Sequence record: NC_048053.1
Length of the DNA stretch: 64,000 nt
Strand: one strand, 5' to 3'
This document shows, piece after piece, positions 36,991 to 46,355 of this stretch. Both the position numbers and the translations under genes were made by a program. The notes under the pieces were generated by a model, which was not told where the DNA came from, did not search any database, and saw only the letters and a list, made by a program, of their open reading frames with translations. Positions within the stretch are counted from its first letter, which is position 1; each line of letters starts with the position of its first letter.

Positions 36991-37517
36991 TGTTCCCTAT
37001 CGTTAGCCTTCACGATGTTCAAAAGTTAGCTGAACTTCAAAACAATCTCGGAGACAAAGCAATTCAACGCGGAGATTTAAATCATCGCCGCGTAGATTAC
37101 CGTGTTTTCCGCGTTGAACTTTCTCCTGAACTGAATACAGAAGATGTTATTCGTACTTATTACGGCGAACTGAACTTCTTCTCTCGAACTGTCGTAACTT
37201 CTGTTTCGCGTTACTGCGAGGATGAATTGGTTATTGCTGTTCCGGCAATCGCCTCTTCTATCTCTCCATTCGACTGCGCCGTTGTTGCTAATGGTGTGCT
37301 TATTGGGATGGATATTAACTATCGCGAAATGATCGAAGAGGCAGCGAAGAATGTTCTGGATTCGAAAACTCTAATCGGCGCAATCGTCGCACATCACTGG
37401 CAGCATCAATTAAATGCGCCAGTGTTTAGTGGAGTGATTGAAGGAAGTTTCTTCAAAACGATTCGCGCCAACTTGAACCGAATAAGTTGGCCTAAAGCGG
37501 CTAAGGAGTCCAAATGA
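36990..37517 (+). CDS. hypothetical protein
   Basis: TAATG coupling. Confidence 0.7.
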   Translation: MFPIVSLHDVQKLAELQNNLGDKAIQRGDLNHRRVDYRVFRVELSPELNTEDVIRTYYGELNFFSRTVVTSVSRYCEDELVIAVPAIASSISPFDCAVVANGVLIGMDINYREMIEEAAKNVLDSKTLIGAIVAHHWQHQLNAPVFSGVIEGSFFKTIRANLNRISWPKAAKESK

Positions 37518-37966
37518 TTTACGATCCTAAAAACGGATTGTTAAACGTAAGCGGCATTGAAATGCGCACTCGTCCGGTTTTGTTTCAACATAAACTCTGG
37601 CAGAACACGGAAGAATTTTTCAAGCAGGCTGAACAAAATTTCATTGGTCGTTATAACGCAGCAAACGGAACCTCCCGTTCTGTTCTGCCGATTTCTTTTG
37701 TGTACGTTATCTCGAAAGGCGGTCATCGAGTCCGTACCTCAACTTTGCTTGAAATGTTTGGCTATGACGGCGATAAATTTGACCCGTTAGATCCAGACTA
37801 TAAATTTTTACTTGGCGAACTTTTTGCTCGCTACTCAAAGTGTTCTCCTGAACAATGTTTTGTGCAAAGTTTTAAATTGCCGGAACCCGGTCTGCTGAAC
37901 ACAATCAATTTTCTCATCCTGCCTTGCGAAGATTTCTTCGTAGGCATCGTTAGCTTAGAGGGTTAA
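37514..37966 (+). CDS. hypothetical protein
   Basis: aaggag RBS. Confidence 0.7.
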   Translation: MIYDPKNGLLNVSGIEMRTRPVLFQHKLWQNTEEFFKQAEQNFIGRYNAANGTSRSVLPISFVYVISKGGHRVRTSTLLEMFGYDGDKFDPLDPDYKFLLGELFARYSKCSPEQCFVQSFKLPEPGLLNTINFLILPCEDFFVGIVSLEG

Positions 37967-38173
37967 ATGGAAACGATCTCTATTCGTGTAAAACGTGCGG
38001 AAGTTCTTGTAGGAAACGGCGAAGATAAAGTTCTGCTGGTTACTGAACTTCCGCTAGGTGTTCATCCCTTCAAAGATGAGGGGCAGACACTCGAATTTAA
38101 AGTTGCCGCTGGTAAAGGTGCTCTTTATGTCCAGAAGCACTTTAATCTGAATCCAAAAGTCACAAGGGTATAA
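37967..38173 (+). CDS. hypothetical protein
   Basis: gaggg RBS. Confidence 0.7.
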   Translation: METISIRVKRAEVLVGNGEDKVLLVTELPLGVHPFKDEGQTLEFKVAAGKGALYVQKHFNLNPKVTRV

Positions 38174-38179
38174 GCGATC

Positions 38180-38584
38180 ATGAGTAAGAATAAATCAGTC
38201 TATGATGTTCTTCTGCAACGCACAATTTCAAGCCTGTTGAATTTAAGTCAGGCTGATACTGCTACGCAGGTTTCTATCACTGTCGCAGGAAATGCGTATA
38301 AATTTTCTCTGCCTTTTGAAAAAGAAAAAGTGCTTCGTGTTGTTGTGCGCGTTAGCGATAAAGGCAATCTGAAAATCAAAGCAACGTTAGATAAACCAGT
38401 TAAACGGTTTATCTCTGGCCTTGTTGCTCTTGCCAAAGATAGTATGGTTTCTTCTAACGATGGTCTGCGCGATTACACCAAAGTAAAAGACAAACTTTGG
38501 AAAGCGTATGTGAAGAAAGCCGAAGCTGAACTGCGTAGTAAGATCATTCGTTCAGCGCTGGCTTCCTACCAGTGGACAAAATAA
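38180..38584 (+). CDS. basic hypothetical protein
   Basis: ORF in operon. Confidence 0.7.
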   Translation: MSKNKSVYDVLLQRTISSLLNLSQADTATQVSITVAGNAYKFSLPFEKEKVLRVVVRVSDKGNLKIKATLDKPVKRFISGLVALAKDSMVSSNDGLRDYTKVKDKLWKAYVKKAEAELRSKIIRSALASYQWTK

Positions 38585-38585
38585 C

Positions 38586-38607
38586 GCGCTCCTGATGGGG
38601 CGCTTTT
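38586..38607 (+). terminator. hairpin/terminator
   Basis: gcgctcc-tgat-ggggcgc + tttt. Confidence 0.6.
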
Positions 38608-38631
38608 ACTTCTCTTTTAGGAATTGCAATC

Positions 38632-39255
38632 ATGCGTTATGAACTGAATCAGTCTTATGTTTTCTTCGCAGCACAAAGCATTTTTGAAGATGGGCGTATC
38701 ATTGAAAAGATGCACGCCTACCAATCTACAAATCCGAAAGACAAATTGAAGGATATTCAATTTGTTGTTGGTACGTGCAAAGAACACCACAAAGTTCCGT
38801 GGGATCAAGATCCGAAAGGTGAGAAGAAATACGATGGTTTTATTTTTGAACTGTCGGACGGCATCAAAGCTACGAACCAGTATCCTTCTGCAAGTTACGG
38901 TCAAATGTCTGATACGGCTGATGGTGTGATTTCTCTTTTGAGTCACTACTACGAAAAATTCGATAAAGACTTTGATCGAATTTCCGAAGCAGATGTTTAT
39001 CTCGAATACTTTTCTTTCCAGCGCCATATGGAAAACTTAGAATCAGCTATCTATAAGTTTTCTCCGGAAGGTGATAAAAACGATCCTGAATATTACGCTA
39101 TGTTGAATGAGCGCCGCACCTTGTTGATTACTGAACTGGCAAGACAGCTTAATATGGGGATTCGCTTTACTCAGTACAGCGTCACAACCAAAGATGGTTC
39201 GGTTATTGCTCCTCCCGGATTATATCGCTCAGAGTTGTTTCAACTCTGCAAATAA
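38632..39255 (+). CDS. hypothetical protein
   Basis: agga RBS. Confidence 0.72.
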   Translation: MRYELNQSYVFFAAQSIFEDGRIIEKMHAYQSTNPKDKLKDIQFVVGTCKEHHKVPWDQDPKGEKKYDGFIFELSDGIKATNQYPSASYGQMSDTADGVISLLSHYYEKFDKDFDRISEADVYLEYFSFQRHMENLESAIYKFSPEGDKNDPEYYAMLNERRTLLITELARQLNMGIRFTQYSVTTKDGSVIAPPGLYRSELFQLCK

Positions 39256-39300
39256 GTGCCTGAAATACCGCTGGTAACATTTACGCCTTTTCTGTAAACT
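39243..39300 (+). promoter_or_regulatory. class-A phage promoter P6 (-10 TAAACT)
   Basis: ACTCTGCAAA-taag-TGCCTGAAA; 38-nt spacing. Confidence 0.72.
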
Positions 39301-39354
39301 GTGGGAAAGGCGTTCCCTATCTTAAATCACATAATAGACTGCAAGGAGTTCTAT

Positions 39355-39960
39355 ATGTTCGCTATCAAAACCGTAACCGACCTGAACAACCTGATTGAAC
39401 TGCAAGACGCGGTATTATCCGAAGTGTTGGGTAAATCCTCTGACATGCGTTTGATTAAGTACCAGTGGAATCTGGATCTGTACAAACACAAATGGACAAT
39501 GATTAAAGTTCCGGTTGAGGTTTACGGTTATCAAGATATCGAAGAAACAAATATGCGTTTGCATTTTGTTCGTCAGTATCTGAAAAACTCACATTCGTTT
39601 TTGAAAAGTATCGTTTCGCCTCGCCGTATTTCATTATCAGGAAAATGGATTCCTTTCTTCGTTCCGGGTGGTTTTGATTTTTCTGATTCCGTCCGTTTGA
39701 CGAACGATAATGAAAACATTTTGACGGGCGTTTCAAAAGCTGGTCGCGCATTTCTCGAATGCAGTATCAATCCTCTTTTTCGTACAGAGTGGATGCTGGA
39801 AGATATCGTGAGTGCAATCGTGTGGGCGAAAGTTCAATACAACTTAACGCCTGAAAGTTTTAATGTCGATGTGTTTAGCGCATCGCACGCAATTCTTCAT
39901 TATGTGCGTAAAGTCCTCTGGTCTTTCGCAAATCCAAAGTTTAAAAAGGCATACGCATGA
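39355..39960 (+). CDS. hypothetical protein
   Basis: aaggag RBS before ATG 39355. Confidence 0.72.
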   Translation: MFAIKTVTDLNNLIELQDAVLSEVLGKSSDMRLIKYQWNLDLYKHKWTMIKVPVEVYGYQDIEETNMRLHFVRQYLKNSHSFLKSIVSPRRISLSGKWIPFFVPGGFDFSDSVRLTNDNENILTGVSKAGRAFLECSINPLFRTEWMLEDIVSAIVWAKVQYNLTPESFNVDVFSASHAILHYVRKVLWSFANPKFKKAYA

Positions 39961-40133
39961 GCATTTCGGAAAAACTTGCTGAACTACTTAAAAATGGCAA
40001 GGTAGCGTTTCCAACTGGAATTGATTTAGGTGACTTTGAGTTTGCTGCTCGTATGCGTGGCATTCAATTCACAAAAGCAAAAGTCGAAACATCCACTCGA
40101 ACCGTCGTCCGATATAAGGTAACAGCACAATGA
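39957..40133 (+). CDS. 58-aa hypothetical protein (absent from ORF track)
   Basis: ATGA-coupled at both ends; MSISEKLAELLKNGKVAFPTG... Confidence 0.65.
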   Translation: MSISEKLAELLKNGKVAFPTGIDLGDFEFAARMRGIQFTKAKVETSTRTVVRYKVTAQ

Positions 40134-40537
40134 AAGTTTTAGATCTGGATAAGTTTACTGGCAAGTTGGCGCTGTATGCGGCTGCTCGTAAAGTCGAAGA
40201 AGTTTTCTCGCAAGTTGATCAACATATGCAACGCAATGGTGCTATCGCGTTTCACGTTCCGATGATCGACTTCTACGCGAATGCAAATGATGTTCGCGCA
40301 GTGTTCGGCGACGGCGTGATGGTGGATCATCAATGGGATGAGGCAGAAACAACGGCGTGCATTAATCGTGTGTTGGCTTCTCCCGAATTCGCCAACTGGT
40401 TCGGTGGCTGGATGGTTGCTGATGGGACGGAGTACATGAAGAAACATGCTGTGCTACAGTCGGAAATTCCGGATCAAAAAATCTTTATCTTCATTCCAGA
40501 AATTCCGGTTCTTTCGCTGCAACAAATTTTGAATTGA
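40130..40537 (+). CDS. hypothetical protein
   Basis: coupled start. Confidence 0.7.
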   Translation: MKVLDLDKFTGKLALYAAARKVEEVFSQVDQHMQRNGAIAFHVPMIDFYANANDVRAVFGDGVMVDHQWDEAETTACINRVLASPEFANWFGGWMVADGTEYMKKHAVLQSEIPDQKIFIFIPEIPVLSLQQILN

Positions 40538-40547
40538 GGGAAGTGAA

Positions 40548-41381
40548 ATGTCTGCTGTAACAAGTCAGAATGATTTTGATGCAGTGCGTACCGCGCTGGA
40601 GAGCATTTTAAAAGCCAATGAAGATGCTCGCCGTGGACTGTACGAAAAGGGTGAGTTGTTTAACGACAACTTTTTGAAGTTTTCCGTTTCTGATTTACAT
40701 AAAAGTTTGCAGAATACTCCGCGTAGAAAACTGCCTCAGATTGTTGAGAAAGTTTTAGGCGATTTCAACTTTAGAGCAATTCACGGAGATTGGGCGTTGG
40801 TCAAACACGATGCTCCCGATTTCACAATGATTGAATTGCCTCACTCTGCAACGAATGTCGTTGGCGTTACTTTTTCAAAGAGTGGTTATAAAGGAAAACT
40901 GGTAGAATTAGGCGATACTGATTTTGCGGAACCCGTTGAGAAGGAGAAAACAAAATCTCCCGCTAAACGGCAAACAAAGAAAGTTATTGCTAAGAAGGAA
41001 GAAGTAAAAAGTAATTCCGATGTTCAGGAAGATGTTGAACCTGAACATGTAGAGAAAGCGCCTGCCTCTGTATTGGAAGTCAAAAAGAGAAGGGCGGCGG
41101 TTGAAAAACTTTCTCCAGAAGATCGGCGTCAATCTTCTGGTACTTACCAACAATTGAAATTCGTTTTGCTTTCCATGACCAAAGAAACGCTAGACGTATT
41201 GGCAGAAACATTAAACATTGGCGAGTTGGAACCAACGGTGCGTGGGGCGGTAGAAGATATTCTTCGCTTCATCGATTTCGAATCTGTTCGCGATGCAGCG
41301 GATAACATGGGAATCACTCTGAAAGCTCGCAACAATGCAGACGCAGCACTGTTAGAATTTCTGATCGTCCAATCTAAATAA
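40548..41381 (+). CDS. hypothetical protein with C-terminal HeH-like modules
   Basis: LLSMTKETLDVLAETLNI; IDFESVRDAADNMGITLKA..DAALLEFL. Confidence 0.72.
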   Translation: MSAVTSQNDFDAVRTALESILKANEDARRGLYEKGELFNDNFLKFSVSDLHKSLQNTPRRKLPQIVEKVLGDFNFRAIHGDWALVKHDAPDFTMIELPHSATNVVGVTFSKSGYKGKLVELGDTDFAEPVEKEKTKSPAKRQTKKVIAKKEEVKSNSDVQEDVEPEHVEKAPASVLEVKKRRAAVEKLSPEDRRQSSGTYQQLKFVLLSMTKETLDVLAETLNIGELEPTVRGAVEDILRFIDFESVRDAADNMGITLKARNNADAALLEFLIVQSK

Positions 41382-41398
41382 ACCCGTGGAGAAGAATC

Positions 41399-42181
41399 AT
41401 GTTAACCATTCAGCGTAAAACCAGTTTCAGCGGCATCACTTTTTCTTTCATGCGCAAAGGCAAACTGATTGCCGCGCATGTTTCTGGCCTGCTGCTGTCG
41501 CAAGCCATTGCTAAAATGTACGGCAGCGGCATGACCGTTTGTATTCAGTACAAAGACGGACGCGAAGTTGAAGATCAAGTAATCATGCGTCGCGTTATTC
41601 AGGCAGATCCGATGCAGGATTCTGAAAGTTTTATTGATATGTGTCTGTGCCTCGATTTGGGTACGGCCTTCGCCGAAGTTCCGTTGATTGCTATGCGCAG
41701 CAAAACGAAACCGGATGAAAAAGCTGTCAAGCGCGTTATCGTTCGCGATGCTGATCGCATGGAGAAGTTTTTAATAGAACAGCGTGACGCGATTGAAGCG
41801 CAATCGCTCTACGAATTCCTCGTTGATAGCGAACTGCGAAACGTGCGCCATGTTGTTCGCTTCCTCGGCCTCACTGTTGAGGGTGGCACCGAAGTTGAAG
41901 ATCATGCAGACGAGATTGTAGAAATTCCTCGTTCTGTTTGGCATGAGCGTTTCATCGAAAACGAATTGAAGTTAGATCCGGATGCGCCTCTTGTTTCTCT
42001 GGCGCAGGACGCGATTTATTATATGGAAAATAAAAATCGCGTTGACGCGTCTTTGTCGTTTGACGATGAAGACGATTTCGATTTCGAAGATGAAAAGGAA
42101 ACCTTCACCGAAGATTTTGATGGTGACAACATCGAAGAAACAATTCTTTCTGACGATAGCGGTCTGGAAGAAGATGCGTAA
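41399..42181 (+). CDS. hypothetical protein with acidic tail
   Basis: ggag RBS; D/E-rich C terminus. Confidence 0.75.
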   Translation: MLTIQRKTSFSGITFSFMRKGKLIAAHVSGLLLSQAIAKMYGSGMTVCIQYKDGREVEDQVIMRRVIQADPMQDSESFIDMCLCLDLGTAFAEVPLIAMRSKTKPDEKAVKRVIVRDADRMEKFLIEQRDAIEAQSLYEFLVDSELRNVRHVVRFLGLTVEGGTEVEDHADEIVEIPRSVWHERFIENELKLDPDAPLVSLAQDAIYYMENKNRVDASLSFDDEDDFDFEDEKETFTEDFDGDNIEETILSDDSGLEEDA

Positions 42182-42334
42182 GATTTAAGATTGTGCATTT
42201 TAGGGCGGATTGCTCTAGGCTTGAATTTGGATTTCCCTGCCGCCACGGAAGGCAGTGTTTAAACTCAAGCCAACTTTTTATGTTTCTTTGCGAGGGAACA
42301 TAAACGGTTCAACCACACAAAGAGAGGCTACGCT

Positions 42335-42685
42335 GTGAAAACTATCAAATTCCATTTTGGCGCAAGCCAGTTAAACACGCTCACACTTAACCGTGATGCA
42401 ATCAAATCTGAATCGCAAGTTAAACAGATCCTGAATATCCTGATGTGCCCTGCAAGTGTTTGGGAAGCGATTGTGTCTAACGACAACGTTAAGCAGGTTA
42501 CGCTTTTTAACAGCGCCGCAGAAATGGCTCCGTATGTTTCAGCACATCAAGCTATTCATCATTTGGACAGAAACAGCGATACTTTCACGGAAGAGTTTCG
42601 TGCGCTGCTTTCTACGCATAATGCGATCTTCCTGAACGGCACCGATATTCAGATTCTGCCGATTAGTGAAGATGAGATCGATTAA
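42335..42685 (+). CDS. hypothetical protein
   Basis: GTG start, gagagg RBS. Confidence 0.68.
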   Translation: MKTIKFHFGASQLNTLTLNRDAIKSESQVKQILNILMCPASVWEAIVSNDNVKQVTLFNSAAEMAPYVSAHQAIHHLDRNSDTFTEEFRALLSTHNAIFLNGTDIQILPISEDEID

Positions 42686-42742
42686 CTCTGCAAAACAGTG
42701 TCCAAAATAGCGATGGAATTTTGGAACACAAATCTGTAAAAT
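42685..42742 (+). promoter_or_regulatory. class-A phage promoter P7 (-10 TAAAAT)
   Basis: ACTCTGCAAA-acag-TGTCCAAAA; 38-nt spacing. Confidence 0.78.
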
Positions 42743-42834
42743 GTAGTCAGAGGCAAGTGCCTCAACAAGCGTGTAAGGATTTACGGGGTTTTCACCTTAC
42801 ATGCTTTCAACGTAAATCCCAAAGGAAACAAATC

Positions 42835-43572
42835 ATGCCTAACAACAAAACTTCCGTTCCTTCTCGCAAAGAATTCGCAGCAACTAGAGCGGCGGCAAAA
42901 ATGAAATCTGCTCCTGCTTCTGTTCGTGCGAAAAATTCAACGAAAGGTGTTGGTCGCGAAACTGATGCTGATCGTTTGGATAAATTTGTGGTTGCGGTTC
43001 TGGAAGAATGGCGTGTAGCCAAAGAGAATAATCTCGAAGGCTCCGATCAAAACATCATCAAAGTTAGTATGCGCGAAATCAATTTGCTCATGTCTCGCTC
43101 TTTGAAAAACACGCGTGTATCTCGACTGCACGATCTGATTAACGATACGTTATCCGGATTGAACATCGTAGACGTTTACGGTTCGTGGGTGTTCGTTGAT
43201 TGGGATTCTCCAGATTGTTTGTTTATCAAACTGCCGGAAACATCGACCAACGCGCTGCGTGTGAGTATTTCTTTCCCGAAAGGAAGTTCTGATTACTCGT
43301 TTCGCAAATCTACTGAGAAATTGATTGAACATGGTTTCGGTGGTGATGACGAAGACGATGATCAAACAGTAGTTGATGATGGCGACATTGATCGTGAATA
43401 TGATCGCCGTCCTGAGAATGTTCGTAAGACAGAAAAGCAATTGAGGTCTTGGACTCTTGAGCAATTACAAAATTTCGTAATTGAAAACAAGATTGAGGTC
43501 TGGGCCGGTGCTGATTCTAATTACGAGACACTTCTTGTTGCCGTGTTGGACTTCAAAACTAAACAGGCATAA
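42835..43572 (+). CDS. hypothetical protein with basic N terminus and C-terminal HeH-like module
   Basis: aagga RBS at 42835; LRSWTLEQLQNFVIENKI..NYETLLVAVL. Confidence 0.72.
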   Translation: MPNNKTSVPSRKEFAATRAAAKMKSAPASVRAKNSTKGVGRETDADRLDKFVVAVLEEWRVAKENNLEGSDQNIIKVSMREINLLMSRSLKNTRVSRLHDLINDTLSGLNIVDVYGSWVFVDWDSPDCLFIKLPETSTNALRVSISFPKGSSDYSFRKSTEKLIEHGFGGDDEDDDQTVVDDGDIDREYDRRPENVRKTEKQLRSWTLEQLQNFVIENKIEVWAGADSNYETLLVAVLDFKTKQA

Positions 43573-43580
43573 TTGATTAT

Positions 43581-43607
43581 GGGTGGCACTTCGGTGCTGC
43601 CCTTTTT
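43581..43607 (+). terminator. Rho-independent terminator
   Basis: gggtggcac-ttcg-gtgctgccc + T5. Confidence 0.85.
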
Positions 43608-43639
43608 AACTTTCTGGAGAGATTTTTAATAGGAATAAG

Positions 43640-44020
43640 ATGATGGGCTACATTGATACTCTGGTTGAAAACCACAATCTCCATCCTCAAGAGCGTCGTG
43701 ATAAATATCAAACGTTCTCGCTCAAAACTAAGCCGCGTAAAGCTGGCGGCGTTGTTAGAATTGATTTGCTTCGCGCTATGGCTTTTGTTGGTGAGACGAA
43801 TTTTAGCGAAGAGGCACAATTAAAATTCATTTCAGATTATAATTCGTTTCACTCTGAGGATCTTCATCCTCTGCTCATGTATCGTACAACTGAACCTGTC
43901 AATTCTCGGCGTGGTTGGAAACACGCAACTTACATTGTTCGTCTGCCGGATCGTGGAGATAAAATCCACGAAGCGAAAATTGATGACGGTTCAATTATTG
44001 TTGGGGAGGCAAGATTCTGA
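43640..44020 (+). CDS. hypothetical protein
   Basis: agga RBS. Confidence 0.7.
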   Translation: MMGYIDTLVENHNLHPQERRDKYQTFSLKTKPRKAGGVVRIDLLRAMAFVGETNFSEEAQLKFISDYNSFHSEDLHPLLMYRTTEPVNSRRGWKHATYIVRLPDRGDKIHEAKIDDGSIIVGEARF

Positions 44021-44385
44021 TGCCTACAATCGAAGAAGTAAAAAACAGCGCAACCATTTATCAATTTCTGCAAAATCCGTATGGTGTAGTTCGCGCCGGA
44101 TCGTACAAACCAAATCTTTTGGATTGTTGGGCGTTAGTTGTCGATACGATTCCGAAATGCTTTGTCGCGCTGTGGGGAAAAATCTGCGAACTTAGTTGGC
44201 ATATGTCGATTCGTGGTCTGCTTATCTGGCTTTTATTTACGCCGCTCTGGATTTTGATTGTTGTGCCGATGCCGCTAACGTTTTGGATTTGGGGAACGTA
44301 TGTTTATTTCTATATGCGGGGCGAACCAGAACGGCATAAGAGGATTCAGGAACGATTGGACAGAAAACTTGATTCCTTGATATAG
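44020..44385 (+). CDS. membrane protein
   Basis: hydrophobic GLLIWLLFTPLWILIVVPMPLTFWIWG. Confidence 0.7.
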   Translation: MPTIEEVKNSATIYQFLQNPYGVVRAGSYKPNLLDCWALVVDTIPKCFVALWGKICELSWHMSIRGLLIWLLFTPLWILIVVPMPLTFWIWGTYVYFYMRGEPERHKRIQERLDRKLDSLI

Positions 44386-44390
44386 ATAGA

Positions 44391-44448
44391 ACTCTGCAAA
44401 ATAGTGTCCAAAATAGCGGTTGTTTCTGCCGCTTCGTTTTGATACACT
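44391..44448 (+). promoter_or_regulatory. class-A phage promoter P8 (-10 TACACT)
   Basis: ACTCTGCAAA-atag-TGTCCAAAA; 38-nt spacing. Confidence 0.8.
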
Positions 44449-44454
44449 ATTTGG

Positions 44455-44528
44455 ACAGGGCAGCAATGCCCTACAAGATTCAACGTGAAGTGGAAACTTT
44501 TTGTAGGCAAGGAAGCCTACACTTTTTT
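44455..44528 (+). ncRNA. candidate ~75-nt small RNA / attenuator leader
   Basis: lies between P8 and terminator tgtaggc-aaggaa-gcctaca-ctttttt; 5' hairpin agggca-gcaa-tgccct. Confidence 0.4.
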
Positions 44529-44549
44529 GCAAAGTCTCCGATTAAGGGA

Positions 44550-44607
44550 ACTCTGCAAAATAGTGTCCGAAATTGCGATTGATAATATCGCTACTTTATA
44601 GCACTAT
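44550..44607 (+). promoter_or_regulatory. class-A phage promoter P9 (-10 CACTAT, -35 TTGATA)
   Basis: ACTCTGCAAA-atag-TGTCCGAAA; 38-nt spacing. Confidence 0.72.
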
Positions 44608-44672
44608 TTAATCTCACTCGGCGCAGTGCCGAAACAACAAGCCTCAACTAATATTTCTTAGGAGAAATAATC

Positions 44673-46289
44673 ATGGCAATTGCAACCTCTACCAAACTGA
44701 TCGGCAAAAACATCGTTCTGCTGGACGGCACCAAAACCAAAATCACTGACGCAATGGCAACTGGTTACAAAGTTGCTGATCGTTCTGTTCGTGTTGCGTC
44801 AAAACAAGTTGCTAAGAAAGGCGCTTGCTATTATGAGATTCCGGTTACGTCTCTGCGTGAACTGATCGATTCCGGTGAAGGTTACGTTTCTTTCGCTGAC
44901 AAAGCGATGCAGAAAAAAGTTGGCACTGACGCTTTCCTCGAAAAGCCTGCTAAAACTTCTGGCCGCAAACCGAAAGAAGAAAAATCTTCCGGTCGCAAAC
45001 CTAAAGAAGAGAAAACTTCTAACGTGCGTCCGAAACGTGGCAGCAAACCTACCAAAGAAGAAGACGACGCCGAAGATAAAGCGTCCCGCCGTGTTAAACG
45101 TCGCGGCAATAGCGATGCAGGTTACGGCGCTCTGGCTGAGTTTCTGATCAACGGCGGTAACAGCAAGAAGAAAGTTTCCCTTGCTGCTATCGATCAGGAT
45201 CTGGCAACCGTTCTTACTGAACGTCTGGTTAGCACGGTAAAAGAAACTTCGCTGGCGAAATTCGACGGCAACAACGCAATGATTCAAAACGCATTCGATG
45301 TTGGTTACTCAACTGAATTCGATGCTACTGGCGGCGACGTTCGCGTAACACTGAACATCAAATACGCGCTGGAACAGCCTGAGCCGGAAGAAGTAAACGG
45401 TGGTTTCGAAATTTCTCCGGAACTGGCGAAGAAAATCAAAGCGCGTGTTGGTAAAACCGTTGGTAAGAAACTCGCGGCTGCAATCGCTGAACACCTCGGC
45501 GTTGAAGCGTCCGATATGACGGCTGGTACTCTCCTGTCGCGTGAGGGTGAAGATGGTCAGTTTGTTTTCTGTGGCGCAAGCGGCGAAGACAATAACAAAG
45601 CTGTACTGTTTAACACCGAAAGCGAAAAATTCCGCACTGTAGGCGGCGCTTCTCTGGCTAACTACTCTATCGTTGAGGAAGACGAAGAGGAAGAAGAGTC
45701 TGAGGAAGAAGAGGAAGAAGAGATTGAGGAAGAGGAAACCGAAGAAGAGGAAGACGACGCCGAAGGCGAAGACGATTCCGAAGACGGTGATGACGATTCC
45801 GAAGACGGTGACGATGACGCAGAAGGCGAAGATGACGAGGAAGATTCTTTCGAATACGCTTCCGTAAATAAAAAGCAACTCGCTAATGTGAACAAAAAAA
45901 TCACGTCTAAAAATCTGCCGATGCTGTCTAAACTGTGGCGCGTTCCGCAAAGCGCTCTGGTCACTGGCCTGAAACTGACTGATGGTGATGATACTTTCAT
46001 CTTCATTGGTATGGATGATGACGGCGATCTGCTGGTAGTTGAAGAAGGCGCGAAAGAAGTTGTTGCGTTTGACGCTGACGATATTCAAAGCCTGTCTGAT
46101 TACTCTCCGGTTGTTGGTGAAGCAGAAGACGACGCAGAAGGCGAAGACGAAGACTTCGAAGATGACGGCGAAGATTACGACGACATGGACATTGAAGAAC
46201 TGCGCGATGTTGTAGTTCAGAAAGGTCTGGCAAAAGTTCGCGCCGCCGAAAACATGACGGAGAAAAAACTCCGCTCACTGCTGAAATAA
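44673..46289 (+). CDS. 538-aa modular acidic protein (beta-rich N domain, two internal repeats, D/E tracts, C-terminal HeH-like module)
   Basis: aggag RBS, strong codon bias; YDDMDIEELRDVVVQKGL..MTEKKLRSLL. Confidence 0.8.
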   Translation: MAIATSTKLIGKNIVLLDGTKTKITDAMATGYKVADRSVRVASKQVAKKGACYYEIPVTSLRELIDSGEGYVSFADKAMQKKVGTDAFLEKPAKTSGRKPKEEKSSGRKPKEEKTSNVRPKRGSKPTKEEDDAEDKASRRVKRRGNSDAGYGALAEFLINGGNSKKKVSLAAIDQDLATVLTERLVSTVKETSLAKFDGNNAMIQNAFDVGYSTEFDATGGDVRVTLNIKYALEQPEPEEVNGGFEISPELAKKIKARVGKTVGKKLAAAIAEHLGVEASDMTAGTLLSREGEDGQFVFCGASGEDNNKAVLFNTESEKFRTVGGASLANYSIVEEDEEEEESEEEEEEEIEEEETEEEEDDAEGEDDSEDGDDDSEDGDDDAEGEDDEEDSFEYASVNKKQLANVNKKITSKNLPMLSKLWRVPQSALVTGLKLTDGDDTFIFIGMDDDGDLLVVEEGAKEVVAFDADDIQSLSDYSPVVGEAEDDAEGEDEDFEDDGEDYDDMDIEELRDVVVQKGLAKVRAAENMTEKKLRSLLK

Positions 46290-46355
46290 AAACTAACGGA
46301 TTGGCGCGGTATTTCTGCCGCGCTTCCTCAACCTCTTTTAAAGATTCAAGGAAAA

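Noticed and set aside
44466-44582. 38-aa ORF (MPYKIQREV...) in the leader between P8 and P9
   Set aside because: Poor RBS, its start is buried in the 5' hairpin, and it runs across a terminator and promoter P9; the RNA-structure reading is more economical.
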